The position numbers were made by a program, and so were the translations under genes. Of a stretch of DNA of 64,000 bases, positions 41,176 to 54,503 are shown piece by piece; position 1 is the first letter of the stretch, and each line of letters begins with the position of its first letter. Source of the stretch: Eledone cirrhosa (lineage: Eukaryota); contig OZ024741.1 in assembly GCA_964016885.1 (NCBI GenBank), forward strand, positions 168,826,001-168,890,000. Direction: 5' to 3'. The notes under the pieces are model-generated. The model saw only the letters and a list, made by a program, of their open reading frames with translations, did not search any database and was not told the DNA's origin.

Positions 41176-42922
41176 CCCTCACAAACTCCGAGAATTGATC
41201 AATAGGATATACATGTAGGATTGATCAAGCTAGATCAGCGACTGTACCTAGGTTTTTTTCCATTCTACAATTAATGGTGGGATGGGGGCACAAGTCGTTT
41301 AATTATAAGTTCTATTTGACTCTCAGGGTGCCTATACTGATTTTTATACCCATAACGTTGGTGGTTATTTTTTCACCCTTATTTTTTTTTTTTTCATTTG
41401 GGGATATGCTTGTGGAACGATGAAGAGTTAGTGGTGATGTGTTCTTTTATTTAAGGTTCAGGGGTCGAATAGTGCTGCCGATGTAGAATTGGCTATACTT
41501 GCCTCATTCCAACCTATACACCATGTAGGGGCGCAGACAATAATTAGTGCTGCGGATGGAACAATGGCTTATATTTGTTAACTCCTTTAGCCATCGGTAG
41601 TACTATTCAACCTTTGCATCTCAGAATAAAATAACACATAACCACCAACTTCTCATCGCTCCACAAACATAACCTCAAATGCAAAAGCAAAAATAAAAAT
41701 AATAACCACCACTATCTTGGCTACTGAACGCAGTACAGGAACCCTGAGAGTCAAAGACGCCATCTTGATTAAACGACCAAAGCCCCCCCCCCCCCCCCAT
41801 TGATAATAAAATGGAAAGAAACAAGGGATAGTGGCTAATCTAGCTTGATCACTCCTACATATACGCACACACGCAAGTCTAATACCCAATTGTCGGCACG
41901 ATCTTTTTTTATATACATGCATATCTACAAGCACGCACACATACATACACACATATTTACACTCACACATCACATGTGCCCACCCACAGAGACATTTACA
42001 TACACACGCATATATCATTACATTTACTTTTAAATGTATACATGCACTCAAGACAAACACCCTATTGCCGGGACGATCTTTTATACATACATGCATATCT
42101 ACATATACACATACATCCACACATACTTACACACACTCAACATATATGCATACCTACAGAGACAATTGCGTACACACACATATATCATTACACTTACACG
42201 TATACATACGCTCTTTCATATTTACATATATACGCTATTACATATCCACACACATATTTACACATATATAAACACCTACGAATACGTTTACGACTGCATT
42301 TACTGAGAGATACACACATGTTTTCATGTACTCTCACACACACATTCGTACATACATACACAAACATATATCACTGCATTTACACACATACAAACGCATC
42401 TATATACTCACACACATATTTACACATATACACACTTACATTCACGCACACACACATATGCCATATACATACTTACACATGCTCTTGCATTCACGCTTAA
42501 ACCGAAACATATAAACATTAACAGCACATGCTTATTTCGGACATGCGCAAACTAAATATTTAAACAGATATTCAAAAAGTAAAAAGAGAAACGGCCATCA
42601 GAAAAGTAATCTTGGTTTTCTCCGAAGCTCCCCTACGGACTTCCTTTGATAATGGATGGTTACTCCTAAAGCTTTTGGGAATAGTAAATAGCTAAGGTAA
42701 CTTTCAGTCATTGTTATTTTCTTTTATTTTCCTTCTGCCACTTTTGCTTTCTCTCTCAATTCCTTTCTGAGCTATTACCTTGACAATCTAACCCACTTGC
42801 ATTCAACGGATTTCTAAACAAACGAACAGACTTTTTAGTTTCTTATACCACAATGCTTCAAGCAAATCACCACTTCTTATTATACATATTTATATGTATA
42901 TATAAATATGTACATGTGTGTG

Positions 42923-42995
<73 letters not shown>

Positions 42996-42999
42996 ATTT

Positions 43000-43165
43000 T
43001 GGCAGTATGGGTAGAGCGTCAGATATCCGGCTTTGTAGAATGGAGTTACGACCCCTTACGTTCTGAGTTCAAATCATGCCAAGGTTAGATTTGCCTTTCA
43101 TTCTTACGGCGTCGATAAAATAGAGTACCAGTAACGCACTGGGATGGATTTAATCGACTTTCCTC
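43000..43165 (+). mobile_element. SINE family A
   Basis: tggcagtatgggtagagcgtc..ttctgagttcaaat..gcctttcattcttacggcgtcgataaaat. Confidence 0.8.
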
Positions 43166-43199
43166 CCCCCCCCCCCATATCTTTGACGTTACTATAGGA

Positions 43200-43470
43200 T
43201 CTAGCGATTCGGCTGGAGAGAAATAAAGCAAGTATGCTTGGATGGATGTGCAATGTTACTGTGCGAGAACGACAGAGTATGGATGAACTGAAAAAATCTC
43301 GGTATAAGAGATATCAAAAGTACTCTGCAAAAGTGAATACTGCATTGGTCTGGACATGTGATGTGTATGGATGATAATCGGTGGATGAAGAAGTGCCAGG
43401 TAATTCCAGGGGGAATAGATTGTAAGAGATAACCTCAAATCGGTGAAATTCATCCGAACTGCATATGCAT
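43200..43470 (+). mobile_element. RTE 3' fragment
   Basis: LHWSGHVMCMDDNRWMKKC. Confidence 0.6.
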
Positions 43471-43940
43471 AGAAAAGTGTATATGTATCTATATATATAT
43501 ATCTATATATAAACAGGAGCGAGCAGGAGGAAGCAAACACACTTACATAATACATGTATATGCACATACACACATACATATATACAGACAGACACATACA
43601 CACACACACACACTCACACACACACAGACGCACACACACAGACACACACACACACGCATATATATGTGTGTGTGTATTATCTCACGATGTGTTCTAATTT
43701 ACTTACTTGACTACTTAAATAAGATATTCAATAGGATTCTTGACTTTCAAAAATTTAAATTTTAAAGCAGCAATTATCCCAGTTTGTGTAAACAAACAGG
43801 AGTGTGTAGTTCTTGGATGTTAGATAAGATTAGAATGAAGTAAAATCGAATTCAGGACTTAGCTATTATATTAAATCTGTTGCATATTTCGTGTAACACA
43901 TCTGTTACGTTCGAAGGCGGATGGTACGTGTGTATGTATG

Positions 43941-44030
<90 letters not shown>

Positions 44031-44037
<7 letters not shown>

Positions 44038-44744
44038 TAAGAGGAATTCCAACTTTGTCTGATTTACTCGTTTTATTTACAATCCTTTAAAATTTATAAT
44101 GGTATTATAATGAAATAGTATGATAGAATATTAAATTCTAAGTGTTAATTGAACAAGTACTTTCATGCTTTCGCAATCTTAAGGTTCATAATATGTGGTT
44201 GACAGTCAAGTTTGCAATTTTCAACTGTAATGAGATGGGTAAATTTTTACAACAACAACAACAACAACAACAACAATAATAATAATAATAATAAAAGTGA
44301 TGTTGATGGTGATGATTACTAGAAAATGCTATTTTCATCATTTTTAAAAATAGCAAAACAATTGATGCTTTGGATAGGATTAATTATTGATCGTTAGAGA
44401 TGCTCAACCAGCCGTGACGCTTAAACCAATCAGCTTTAGTAATTCAGTGAAACTACACACCGATTGGTCGAAAAACCGTTTGCAAGATTTACCATTCTGG
44501 AGCCACTTTTCACTGTATATAAGGCACAAAATTTACCCATCTCATTACAGTTGAAAATTGCAAACTTGACTGTCACCACATATTATGAACCTGAAGATTG
44601 CGAAAGCATGAAAGTACTTGTTCAATTAACACTTAGAATTTAATATTCTATCATACTATTTCATTATAATACCATTATAAATTTTAAAGGATTGTAAATA
44701 AAACGAGTAAATCAGACAAAGTTGGAATTCCTCTTATTAATATA
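44031..44744 (+). mobile_element. Non-coding PLE-like fold-back element with promoter-like motifs and an HHR
   Basis: Arms 44031-44247 / 44528-44744 are reverse complements; (TA)n on the left. Confidence 0.85.
44586..44624 (+). ncRNA. Type I HHR, intact core
   Basis: tgaac CTGAAGA tTGC gaaa GCAt GAAA GTAC TT gttca; 5-bp stem I; palindromic AGTACT; the inverted copy near 44150-44190 has CTTAAGA. Confidence 0.8.
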
Positions 44745-44790
44745 ATCTTCTATACACAATCATACACACCCGTGTATATTTATCTATCTA

Positions 44791-44888
<98 letters not shown>

Positions 44889-44944
44889 GGTGTGGGTGTG
44901 TGTGTGTGTGTGTATACATGTATTATGTAAGTATGTATATATAT

Positions 44945-45027
<83 letters not shown>

Positions 45028-45067
45028 AAGTGTTAAAACGATCAAATTTTAGTTTAGAACATTTATT

Positions 45068-45114
45068 TGTTGACAATTGTTTCTTCCAGAGGGAAGTCTG
45101 GAATCATCGGAGCA
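45068..45114 (-). ncRNA. HHR motif in the 3' pLTR of the Naiad-like element
   Basis: CCGATGA TTCCAGA loop TCTGGAA GAAAC AATT GTC, followed by AATAAA; U4>C variant, weak stem I. Confidence 0.6.
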
Positions 45115-46091
45115 TAGGGAATGTCGAAACATGTTACTAGAATCCTAGTCATTTAGAACATTTAGGGTACATAATTGTTGTTAGTGTCATAGGTAACATG
45201 TGGAGAGTCAGGAGTTAAAAAGATGTTCTGCTTGAGAGAACACAATTACAGGCACCACTGGTTGAAGGTGTAATAGGTATAAGTGAAAAGCTCAAGCAAA
45301 TATAAAATAGAGGCAAAAAAGTTATAAGCAAGGAAAATTGGTGTACAATGCAGGAGTCAATACAGTCAATAAGGCATGTATGGGGAAAGAGTTATAATGC
45401 AGTTGAAATAAACATATTTTGTGTGGGGTGTTAAAGCATGTTATAATTGTTATAAATGTTTAAGATAGTGTGCAATTTGTTAGAGAGGCATGTGGTGATA
45501 ATGTAGGTATTTGTTCTGTAAGGTGTAATGCAAAGCACGTGATAGAGTTGGATATGTGATTTTCATTCAAGAGTTTTTGTGTTGTAGTTCGTATGTATGT
45601 ATATATGTTGTTTGTTACTCACAGCTATTAACCATGCGATTATTTTGAGTCGTTTATAGTCAATAGGTGTTTGTTTGTTAAATATAAATTCCACCGAATT
45701 ACTGGCCATGTTGTTATTGTAGGTATATTATCTTATGCATTTTTTATCTACAAATTATCTTTTCTAGGTTTTGTATTAACTGTTATTAAGCTGTTGGTAA
45801 ACCGTTATGTTGCTTAATTTTATGAGTTTACAGAGGAAGTTGTAAATGGGGTAATTAAGGTTGTTGATAAATAAGGGTTGTTTTAATATTGTAGTAGTGT
45901 TATAAATTAATCTTTATAGAGTATATAAAATATTATTGGTTATATAATCGTTATAATTTAAACTTGTGTGGAGGGAGTTTAAAACATTTTTTTTAAATTA
46001 TCTTATTATAACTAGATTGTTTTTACATAGTTACTATATGTGTATATAGTATAAGGTATATATACATGTGTGAGAATGTATGTATATATAC

Positions 46092-46197
<106 letters not shown>

Positions 46198-46579
46198 ATA
46201 TATATATATGGATATATATATATATACATGTATACAGATTGTGTAAAGAGAGTTGAAGTTTTTTATGACAGGATAGTGAGTTGCATAATATATACTGGAG
46301 TAATTGGTGTTATATACACAGCTGTCTGCTATTTCGTTGGTGTTGTATATTGAGAGTATATTACAGTGTTTATATTATTTAAATATTTCAATTGTATAAG
46401 GTAAGAGATCAAACAAGGGGCTTATTGACTGTATGTAGGTTGGTGTGGTCTTTTAATTAAGGTGTAGTCCTATATTCATGAAGGTCTAATTGGATAAATT
46501 AAAAGGTGGTGGTCTAGTGTTATCTCTGACATTGGTCTTTATTTTTATTTTTATTATTATTATTAATAGTTACTAGGTT

Positions 46580-47255
46580 TGATGTAGTGGAACGAGAATC
46601 TATGGTAATGTGGACATGTGGAGAAGATCTCTGATTTGCTATTTAGCAGGCTAATATTAGAGTGGATGATATTTCTAGACTCGAAGATAGATGTGTTAGG
46701 TGGTCTATATAAAGTGGCCTTAGCTATCACTTCCCATTTTAAGGTGTATGGTATATTACTTGATTTTAATGAGTGTATGTATGTGGATAGTGAGGTTACG
46801 TTGCTAAGTTTAGGGTTTCTGAACGAATGAAGGTGTGAATTATATCTGGTCTTAAAGCTATTCGATGTTTAGCCTATATATACTTTCGAGATGTGATTAG
46901 CGGTTACAGTACCGGGATAGATAATGTCTTTAATAAGGCAGTTCTTATTTAATGGGCATATCTTGTTAGGTCTACAATTACAATTGTTTTGGTAACTAGT
47001 ATACTGGTTAAGGGGGTATGTATTTGAGTGGTTGTTTCTGTTTCTACTTCTAGTATTATGATTATGGTAAGTATTATTTTTATTGGTACTATTAGTGTGA
47101 CTTGTTGTATGGTCTTGTACTATGTTATTGTTCAGGTTATTTCTATGCTGGGCATTATTACTTTGGTGTAATTTGAAGTACTTTTTAATCTTTCTCCTGT
47201 TGGTGCTGGCTATATGGTCTGCTATGTTAGGTGTGGTAGAGTAGGAGATTTTAAT
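46580..47255 (-). pseudogene. Naiad-type PLE linker + GIY-YIG endonuclease
   Basis: KISYSTTPNI..; NCNCRPNKICPLNKNCLIKDIIY..VYIG*TSNSFKTRYNSHLHSF..TSLSTYIHSLK..KWEVI..LLNSKSEIFSTCPH. Confidence 0.8.
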
Positions 47256-47562
47256 TTTTTTTTGCTTGTGCTTTTCACTTATACCTATTACACCTTCAAC
47301 CAGTGCTACCTGTAATTGTGTTCTCTCAAGCAGAACGTCTTTTTAACTCCTGACTCTCCACAACAATTATGTACCCTAAATTTTTTAAATGACTAGGATT
47401 TTAGTAACATGTTTCCATTGGTCTTTCCAATTGCTAATACTTTCTATCGGTAGCAACTCCAGGTAGAAGGAGCAACGTGAAATAAGGTGTCTTGCCCAAG
47501 GGATCGAACTCACAGACTCACGATTGAGAGTCTAATTCTCTAACCACTCAACTACGTGCTTT

Positions 47563-47643
<81 letters not shown>

Positions 47644-47829
47644 TGATATATATATATATATATATATATTTGGATTTAATGCTCTGAAATAGCGATATAT
47701 ATGTGAAGACAAACATAGAATATTCGAAAATATTCTGTATGTTTATAATAAACATTTTGAAGACCCAATCGCTATAGAATAGAATACGTCACGTATTACA
47801 ATTTGAGATTCTCGATAAAAGCAAGGGAA

Positions 47830-47872
47830 GTAATCTACGCGTTTCATTCTTATTAGAAATCATCAGGATTAC
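47830..47872 (-). ncRNA. Type I HHR, intact
   Basis: gtaatc CTGATGA tTTC taataa GAAt GAAAC GC GTA gattac. Confidence 0.88.
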
Positions 47873-48158
47873 ATATCCAATGCTTTTATCGAGAACGACA
47901 CAGCTAGAGACTTATAGAATACTTAGCTGTGTACAGGAACTGGTTTGAAAGAGCGGTAGCCGGTCCGGCAGAAATTAGAATTTGGATTTAATGCTCTGAA
48001 ATAGCGATATATATGTGAAGACAAACATAGAATATTCGAAAATATTCTGTATGTTTATAATAAACATTTTGAAGACCCAATCGCTATAGAATAGAATACG
48101 TCACGTATTACAATTTGAGATTCTCGATAAAAGCAAGGGAAGTAATCTACGCGGTAAT

Positions 48159-48201
48159 GTAATCCTGATAATTTCTAATAAGAATGAAACGCGTAGATTA
48201 C
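48159..48201 (+). ncRNA. Type I HHR with G8>A core mutation
   Basis: gtaatc CTGATAA...GAAACGCGTA gattac. Confidence 0.75.
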
Positions 48202-48470
48202 TTCCCTTGCTTTTATCGAGAATCTCAAATTGTAATACGCGACGTATTCTATTCTATAGCGATTGGGTCTTCAAAATGTTTATTATAAACATACAGAATA
48301 TTTTCGAATATTCTATGTTTGTCTTCACATATATATCGCTATTTCAGAGCATTAAATCCAAATTCTAATTTCTGCCGGACCGGCTACCGCTCTTTCAAAC
48401 CAGTTCCTGTACACAGCTAAGTATTCTATAAGTCTCTAGCTGTGTCGTTCTCGATAAAAGCATTGGATAT

Positions 48471-48513
48471 GTAATCCTGATGATTTCTAATAAGAATGAA
48501 ACGCGTAGATTAC
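48471..48513 (+). ncRNA. Type I HHR, intact
   Basis: Same motif; stem I extended by ttctcgataaaagca/tgcttttatcgagaa. Confidence 0.9.
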
Positions 48514-48782
48514 TTCCCTTGCTTTTATCGAGAATCTCAAATTGTAATACGTGACGTATTCTATTCTATAGCGATTGGGTCTTCAAAATGTTTATTATAA
48601 ACATACAGAATATTTTCGAATATTCTATGTTTGTCTTCACATATATATCGCTATTTCAGAGCATTAAATCCAAATTCTAATTTCTGCCGGACCGGCTACC
48701 GCTCTTTCATACCAGTTCCTGTACACAGCTAAGTATTCTATAAGTCTCTAGCTGTGTCGTTCTCGATAAAAGCATTGGATAT

Positions 48783-48825
48783 GTAATCCTGATGATTTCT
48801 AATAAGAATGAAACGCGTAGATTAC
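48783..48825 (+). ncRNA. Type I HHR, intact
   Basis: Same motif, 312 bp downstream. Confidence 0.9.
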
Positions 48826-48947
48826 TTCCCTTGCTTTTATCGAGAATCTCAAATTGTAATACGTGACGTATTCTATTCTATAGCGATTGGGTCTTCAAAA
48901 TGTTTATTATAAACATACAGAATATTTTCGAATATTCTATGTTTGTC

Positions 48948-48982
<35 letters not shown>

Positions 48983-48984
<2 letters not shown>

Positions 48985-49186
48985 CGAAGGAAATGTGGTA
49001 AGGAACCAGGTGGACCATAACGCACCAAAGTAGTCAATACTTAGGGTAGTAGAGTGGGTAATAGGAACGAGTAGGACCCCGACGGCTGAGCTCAAGCCGT
49101 TTCGACGGCTAATTCTGGACTAAATTAGTCCAGAATTAGCCGTCAAAACGGCTTGAGCTCAGCCGTCGGGGTCCTACTCATTCCTA
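48983..49186. repeat. Unclassified repeat family X; copy ending in a ~125-bp palindrome
   Basis: Starts aacgaagg; palindrome centred near 49123; homologous to 53848-54508. Confidence 0.8.
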
Positions 49187-49247
49187 TATATATATATATA
49201 TATTAATTCAAAATATTAACAAAAATAGACATTCGTGTGATCAAGTA

Positions 49248-49314
49248 TATTTTATTATACATATTTCAGAGGTACTGAGCTAACTTCAACAGTACGTCCT
49301 CATCAGATAAAATA
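49248..49314 (-). ncRNA. Type I HHR
   Basis: tattttat CTGATGA ggacGTACTG loop CAGTACctct GAAA tatgtATA ataaaata; 8-bp stem I. Confidence 0.75.
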
Positions 49315-50911
49315 AGATGATGCACGACATACCCTGACATAGTAGATGGTTAAGATTCGTCATGGTAGTGAATAAGATATGACAAAACTCAAAATTTATA
49401 TACCTTAAGATTGAGACTTGAAAAAATGTACATATAATACAGAGGGTGCGTGTGAGAAAGCTTAAAAATACATAATAGCAATTTACATAACTGTTAGAGA
49501 TTGAAATAATTTAAATTATTGAAGAAAGAAGAAAGAAAGAAGAAAGACAGAGAGAAACAGATGAGGAGAAAATATAGTTACTAGAAGTATAGAAAGCAAA
49601 AGAGAATTGATCAATGATAGAGAGACAAGGAGGAATAATTTTTATAGTATAAAGCATAGGGAGGTTTGTGGATAAATAGGGTGTGATTAGATAATGCAAA
49701 AATTATATATATCTATACAAACACATGAATATACATTTAGGCATAGCTTTGTGAAAGAGTAAACTCGAATCTTTGAATTATTGAATTATCTAGAAGTATC
49801 CATCAATCTAAATATTAAATATATCTGTGTAATTATATGAGGGTTTAATTTCGACTCCTTAGTTAATTAGAAATATACTAACAATTAATTATATACACTA
49901 TATATATCCAAACGTATCCGGCTGACCGTTAAATTTCAAATCATTTATGTTAGTTCAGAGTAATGGATTAATCAAAATGTATAATATTTCAGGCTATAAA
50001 AGTTTATGAATATCTAATATTAAAGTATACTATCCTATTTAATTTATAAAATCATATTTAAAGTATTTGCAAACATGAGAAGGAAGACTTAATATTTTCA
50101 TCCTCACGAAGGTAATCCATATTAAATTATATTATTTTATATTATATTTTTTTAAAAATGTTTATATTGAAATAATTCACATTATATAATTTAGAAAATA
50201 ATTACAGTTATAACTTTAAAAATTTAAAATTAACAATTAGAATGCCTTAAAGTATCTAAAGGCCTTATAATTAAACTTAAAAAAGCGTATTATTAAATTA
50301 GATATATGCATTTGTCTAAATATATACAAAGAGCATATTGTCTAAAGTTCAAGACGATATTAGTCAGTTATATATAACATAATATAATATAATATAATAA
50401 ATAAGTTACTGTTAATATTGTTAAAAATTAAGGTTTTAGATCAATTATTATATTAGTATCATGTAATACATATATAGTATAAATATACAAATCAAACTTC
50501 ATGAATCATAAGGATAAGAACCAGATTCAAAGTAAAAAAGTAAATTGTTTGCGATCATAAAAGTGCCAAATATCTAAGCTATATAATTTTAAAATACAAG
50601 AAAATTTTTTAAGGATTTATATTATAGTATAATATCATATTTAAAGTATCTGCAAACATGAGAAAGAGAAAACTTAAGATTTTCATTGACCCGAAGGTAA
50701 CCCGAATTTAATTAAATTAAAAAATAATCGTTATATAATTTAGAAAATATTTAACAATTATAACACTAGAATGTTCTTAAGTATCTAAAGTACTTATAAA
50801 TGTAGCTAGAAGCCTGTTATTAAACCAGATATTCACACTTGTCCAAATACATACAGAGTATTCGGTTCTGAACTCAAGACGATATTAGGGATCCATATAC
50901 ATATAATAAAT

Positions 50912-51095
50912 AATTGTTTCTACTTTTGGCACAAGGCCAGCAATTACCCAGAGCATTACTGGTACTTTATTTTATCGACCCCGTAAGGATGAAAGGCAAA
51001 GTTAACCTCGGCGGGATTTGAACTCAGAATGGCAAGGGCCATAACTCTATACGTCAAAGCATTGCATCCGACCCTCTACTGATACTGCCAATCCA
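50912..51095 (-). mobile_element. SINE family A
   Basis: ttatcgaccccgtaaggatgaaaggcaaagttaacctcggcgggatttgaactcag. Confidence 0.88.
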
Positions 51096-51394
51096 TTAAA
51101 TAATAAATGCAAACATTGTTAGTACAGTTATAATTGAAGTTTTACATCAAGTTAAGTGGAAAAAGTTTGTCGACTCGGATCGTGTGCGACGCATATACCA
51201 TAAATATATATAAATAAATATAAATATATAAATCAAACATCTTGAATCATAAAACTAACATACTCCAAAAGAATAAATACACAAATACATAAATAAATGC
51301 ATGAATTATTTACGGTTCATTACAACTGTTAACCATATAAGCTATATATTTTTAAAAAATATACAAGAATCCCAATCAAATTAAATCTATCTGC

Positions 51395-51646
51395 ACAATC
51401 AAATGATATGCATATTCATCAAGAGATAATGTTAACAATCTATATGTTTATATACCTATATAGAACCCATTAATCTAACATTAATCATATCATAAATGAA
51501 TAAAAAGTATTATAAGGTTTTATAATCTGTTATAACGTTTTACGCACTCAGTTGTACGCACCCAGATTAATGGGTTCTATATAGGTATATAAACATATCG
51601 ATTGTTAACATGATCTCTTGATGAATATGCATATCATTTGATTGTG
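51395..51646. repeat. Inverted repeat, ~80-bp arms
   Basis: cacaatcaaatgatatgc...cccattaatct / agattaatggg...gcatatcatttgattgtg. Confidence 0.85.
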
Positions 51647-53184
51647 TAGGAGCGCGGGACTGCGTACGGTTTATAATTTTTTATCCCATTAGTAAAATAA
51701 GTTGGATTACTTTGAATAAATAATGAATGAATATTACATAATTTATCTACTAAATTTCGTGGCTGTTGATTAAATATATTTTGTTTATTTAAAGATTCAT
51801 TTCTGTAAAATTTCTGAAATGTCAACACTTCCGGTTGGCCATCGCTTAAATAAACATACTAATTTTCTGTCACTAATTTTCTCCTAATGCAGTTTATATA
51901 TAATATCGTCTTTTTTAATGTATCATGGATTACGTTACTGATTATATAAGACAGTGTAACGCAGTCTTCGTTTAATTTCTGTGGATATTGTCAATTACGA
52001 TTTTATTTGATCATATCTACATGCATATATACTTGCGTATAATATCAATATACACACTACACATGGTAGCAGAAAACCACCCGAAGGATGGTTTTTCTGC
52101 TAGTTATACTAACAAACCACTCTCACAGAGATTATTTGCGGTATTCGTTTCGGCTCTCTGCATTCTAAGTTCAAATCTCGCAGAGTTCAACTTTGCATTT
52201 TATCCATTTGATGTCGATAAAAAAGTACCAGTCCAGTACTAGTGTCAATTCTTCCTCCATGTCTCTTTCTCACTTCCATTCTTTCACTCTATATCATTTT
52301 CTGGAAGAAATCTGCTGTGTTCAGACCTGGCGAGGAGATGGGCTCCGCCAGGTTTAAAAGTGTCCAAGAAAAGCGGTATATAAACGTGGCGCCTCTACGA
52401 CTCCCCCAGGAGAACCGGACCATGTATGCATACATGCAATGATCTTTAACACTTAGTAGTTATTTCTATTTATATTGTGGGATTTCAATGGAATCGGATA
52501 ATAAAAATTATACATGAAAAACATTTTAGGTCTTTGCATTTATTCCAATTAAATTCAGTCAATTTGGGCTTGTTCACGTATTCAATATTTACCTACTTGT
52601 ACATAGGCCCCTACACATAGGCATGCTTGCACACATATAGAGACGCATACACACTCACATATATACACATTCTCATGCACACACACACACACATATACAT
52701 GCACATATGCACAGGCATACACATGCACATACACGTACACACCTACACACACACTCATACAAATACACAGAAGCAACATACACACACACACAAACAAAAT
52801 AGGCAAAGTCAGTTCTGATTTATAAGTAGGTTCCGTTCTGACATAGTGTTCCAATTATTTGATCAACAGAACAACCAACAATTAAGAGATAACTGGCTAA
52901 ACACTCCCTTAATGAATATTACAAGTACAGTTCCATCTTGTATTAATGTACAGGTGCCTGAGCATTCCGTAGACTTGTATTCTTAACATAGTTCTCAAGC
53001 AGATTCAGTTTGACATGTAACAGTGTGTGATAATGTCAGCCTGTTAAATTAACTGGTACAATTGAGTGAACTGGAGCAGCGAAATAAAGTATCTTGTTGA
53101 AGGAGACAGGATTTTGAGAATCAAAATCACAACCTTACGATCGTGGGTCAAACTCCCCATCACTACACCACGTACATTTATATG

Positions 53185-53842
53185 CTAAACGTACATTTAT
53201 ATCACGTGTTATTTCCGACAAGGGAAGCAACCCCGGTTTTGACGGGTAGATTCAAAGTGATAAACAAAGGAATTATTATAATTTCGGCTAACATTCAGAA
53301 ATAAGCTCTCAACCAGATGTAATTAAACAAACACAAATAATTAACCAATCAACAGAATTGTCTAATTAAATTAATTAGTTAATTATTCAATCTAGGAGAA
53401 AATAATACATGTGGAAGCTTAGTAAAAAATCGAAGCTTTGGCTGTGAGCAAGCAAAGTCGACCTACAATATGAATGAGTTAGCAAAGCACTCAATAAGGG
53501 TAGGTCCTTAGAGTAATAACATACGTTTAAATAGCTTGACAAATTGAACATTGTGGAAGGCAAAACCTAACACACAATACCAAAGTAACGAAAAAACAAA
53601 CAGGTTAAAAAAGATACACCTGGACAAATCAAACGATATACGTTTAAAGTGTTTCTATGAATCCGAAATCAAATATCCGACTTACGTAACAGGCACGCTC
53701 GTGGTATTCCATGATTGAACAGAGGATTCATTTCATCAACTTGAGTTCCGTTCTGTCCATAAACGAGGTGGACACTAAATGCTGCTGCTATGAGCAAGCT
53801 AAACGTACATTTAGTTATCACGTGTTATTTCCAACAAGGGAA
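53185..53842. repeat. ~613-bp unit with terminal direct repeat, related to the 37745-38530 unit
   Basis: gctaaacgtacattta..tcacgtgttatttcc.acaaggga at both ends; aataagctctcaaccag shared with ~38256. Confidence 0.65.
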
Positions 53843-53847
53843 TATAT

Positions 53848-54503
53848 AACGAAGGTGGTGTAGTGAAATAGATGGACCATAACGCACCAGAGTACTCAAT
53901 ACTTAGGGTAGTAGAGTGAGTAATAGGAAAATGTTAGACCCTCGACGGCAAAGCTGAGGCCGTTTCGACGGCTATTTCTGGACTAAATTAGAATTTTTAG
54001 TGTTGTAAATAAATAGCCGAACTTTTCAAGGGGCAATTCTTTATATGGCAAGATTGTAGTTGTCAAGAGGATTGGTCAAAATTTCATTTTTATATATATT
54101 TTTATTTATTTATTATCTTCTAATATCAATTGATTTACTTATTCTATAACGCCCCTTCTCTATTTTCTCCAGAATCCTTTTTCGCCTGCTTCCTCTCACC
54201 TATTTTCATACACATTCCTTAGAATTTGCTGTATAGAATTCATTTTCAACGCTTGACCGGCTCCCACACTCCCTCATTGTGCTACAGGCAAGTTCAGCCA
54301 CCACCACCTCCACCCACTTCCATGATAGACTTAATTGTGTTTACAAGAAATTTTGATCAATCCTCTTGACAACTACAATCTTCCCATATAAGGAATTACA
54401 CCTTGAAAAGTTCGGCTATTTATTTACCACGCTAAAAATTCTAAATTAGTCCAGAAATAGCCGTCAAAACGGCTTGAGCTCTGCCGTCGAGCTTTAACAT
54501 TTT

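Larger units (their letters stand above)
47668..48951. mobile_element. Retrozyme-like array: 312-bp HHR-containing units, ~1.5 inverted + ~2.5 direct, between (TA)n tracts
   Basis: Period 312 (47671/47983; 48157/48469/48781); one type I HHR per unit; no ORF. Confidence 0.88.
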
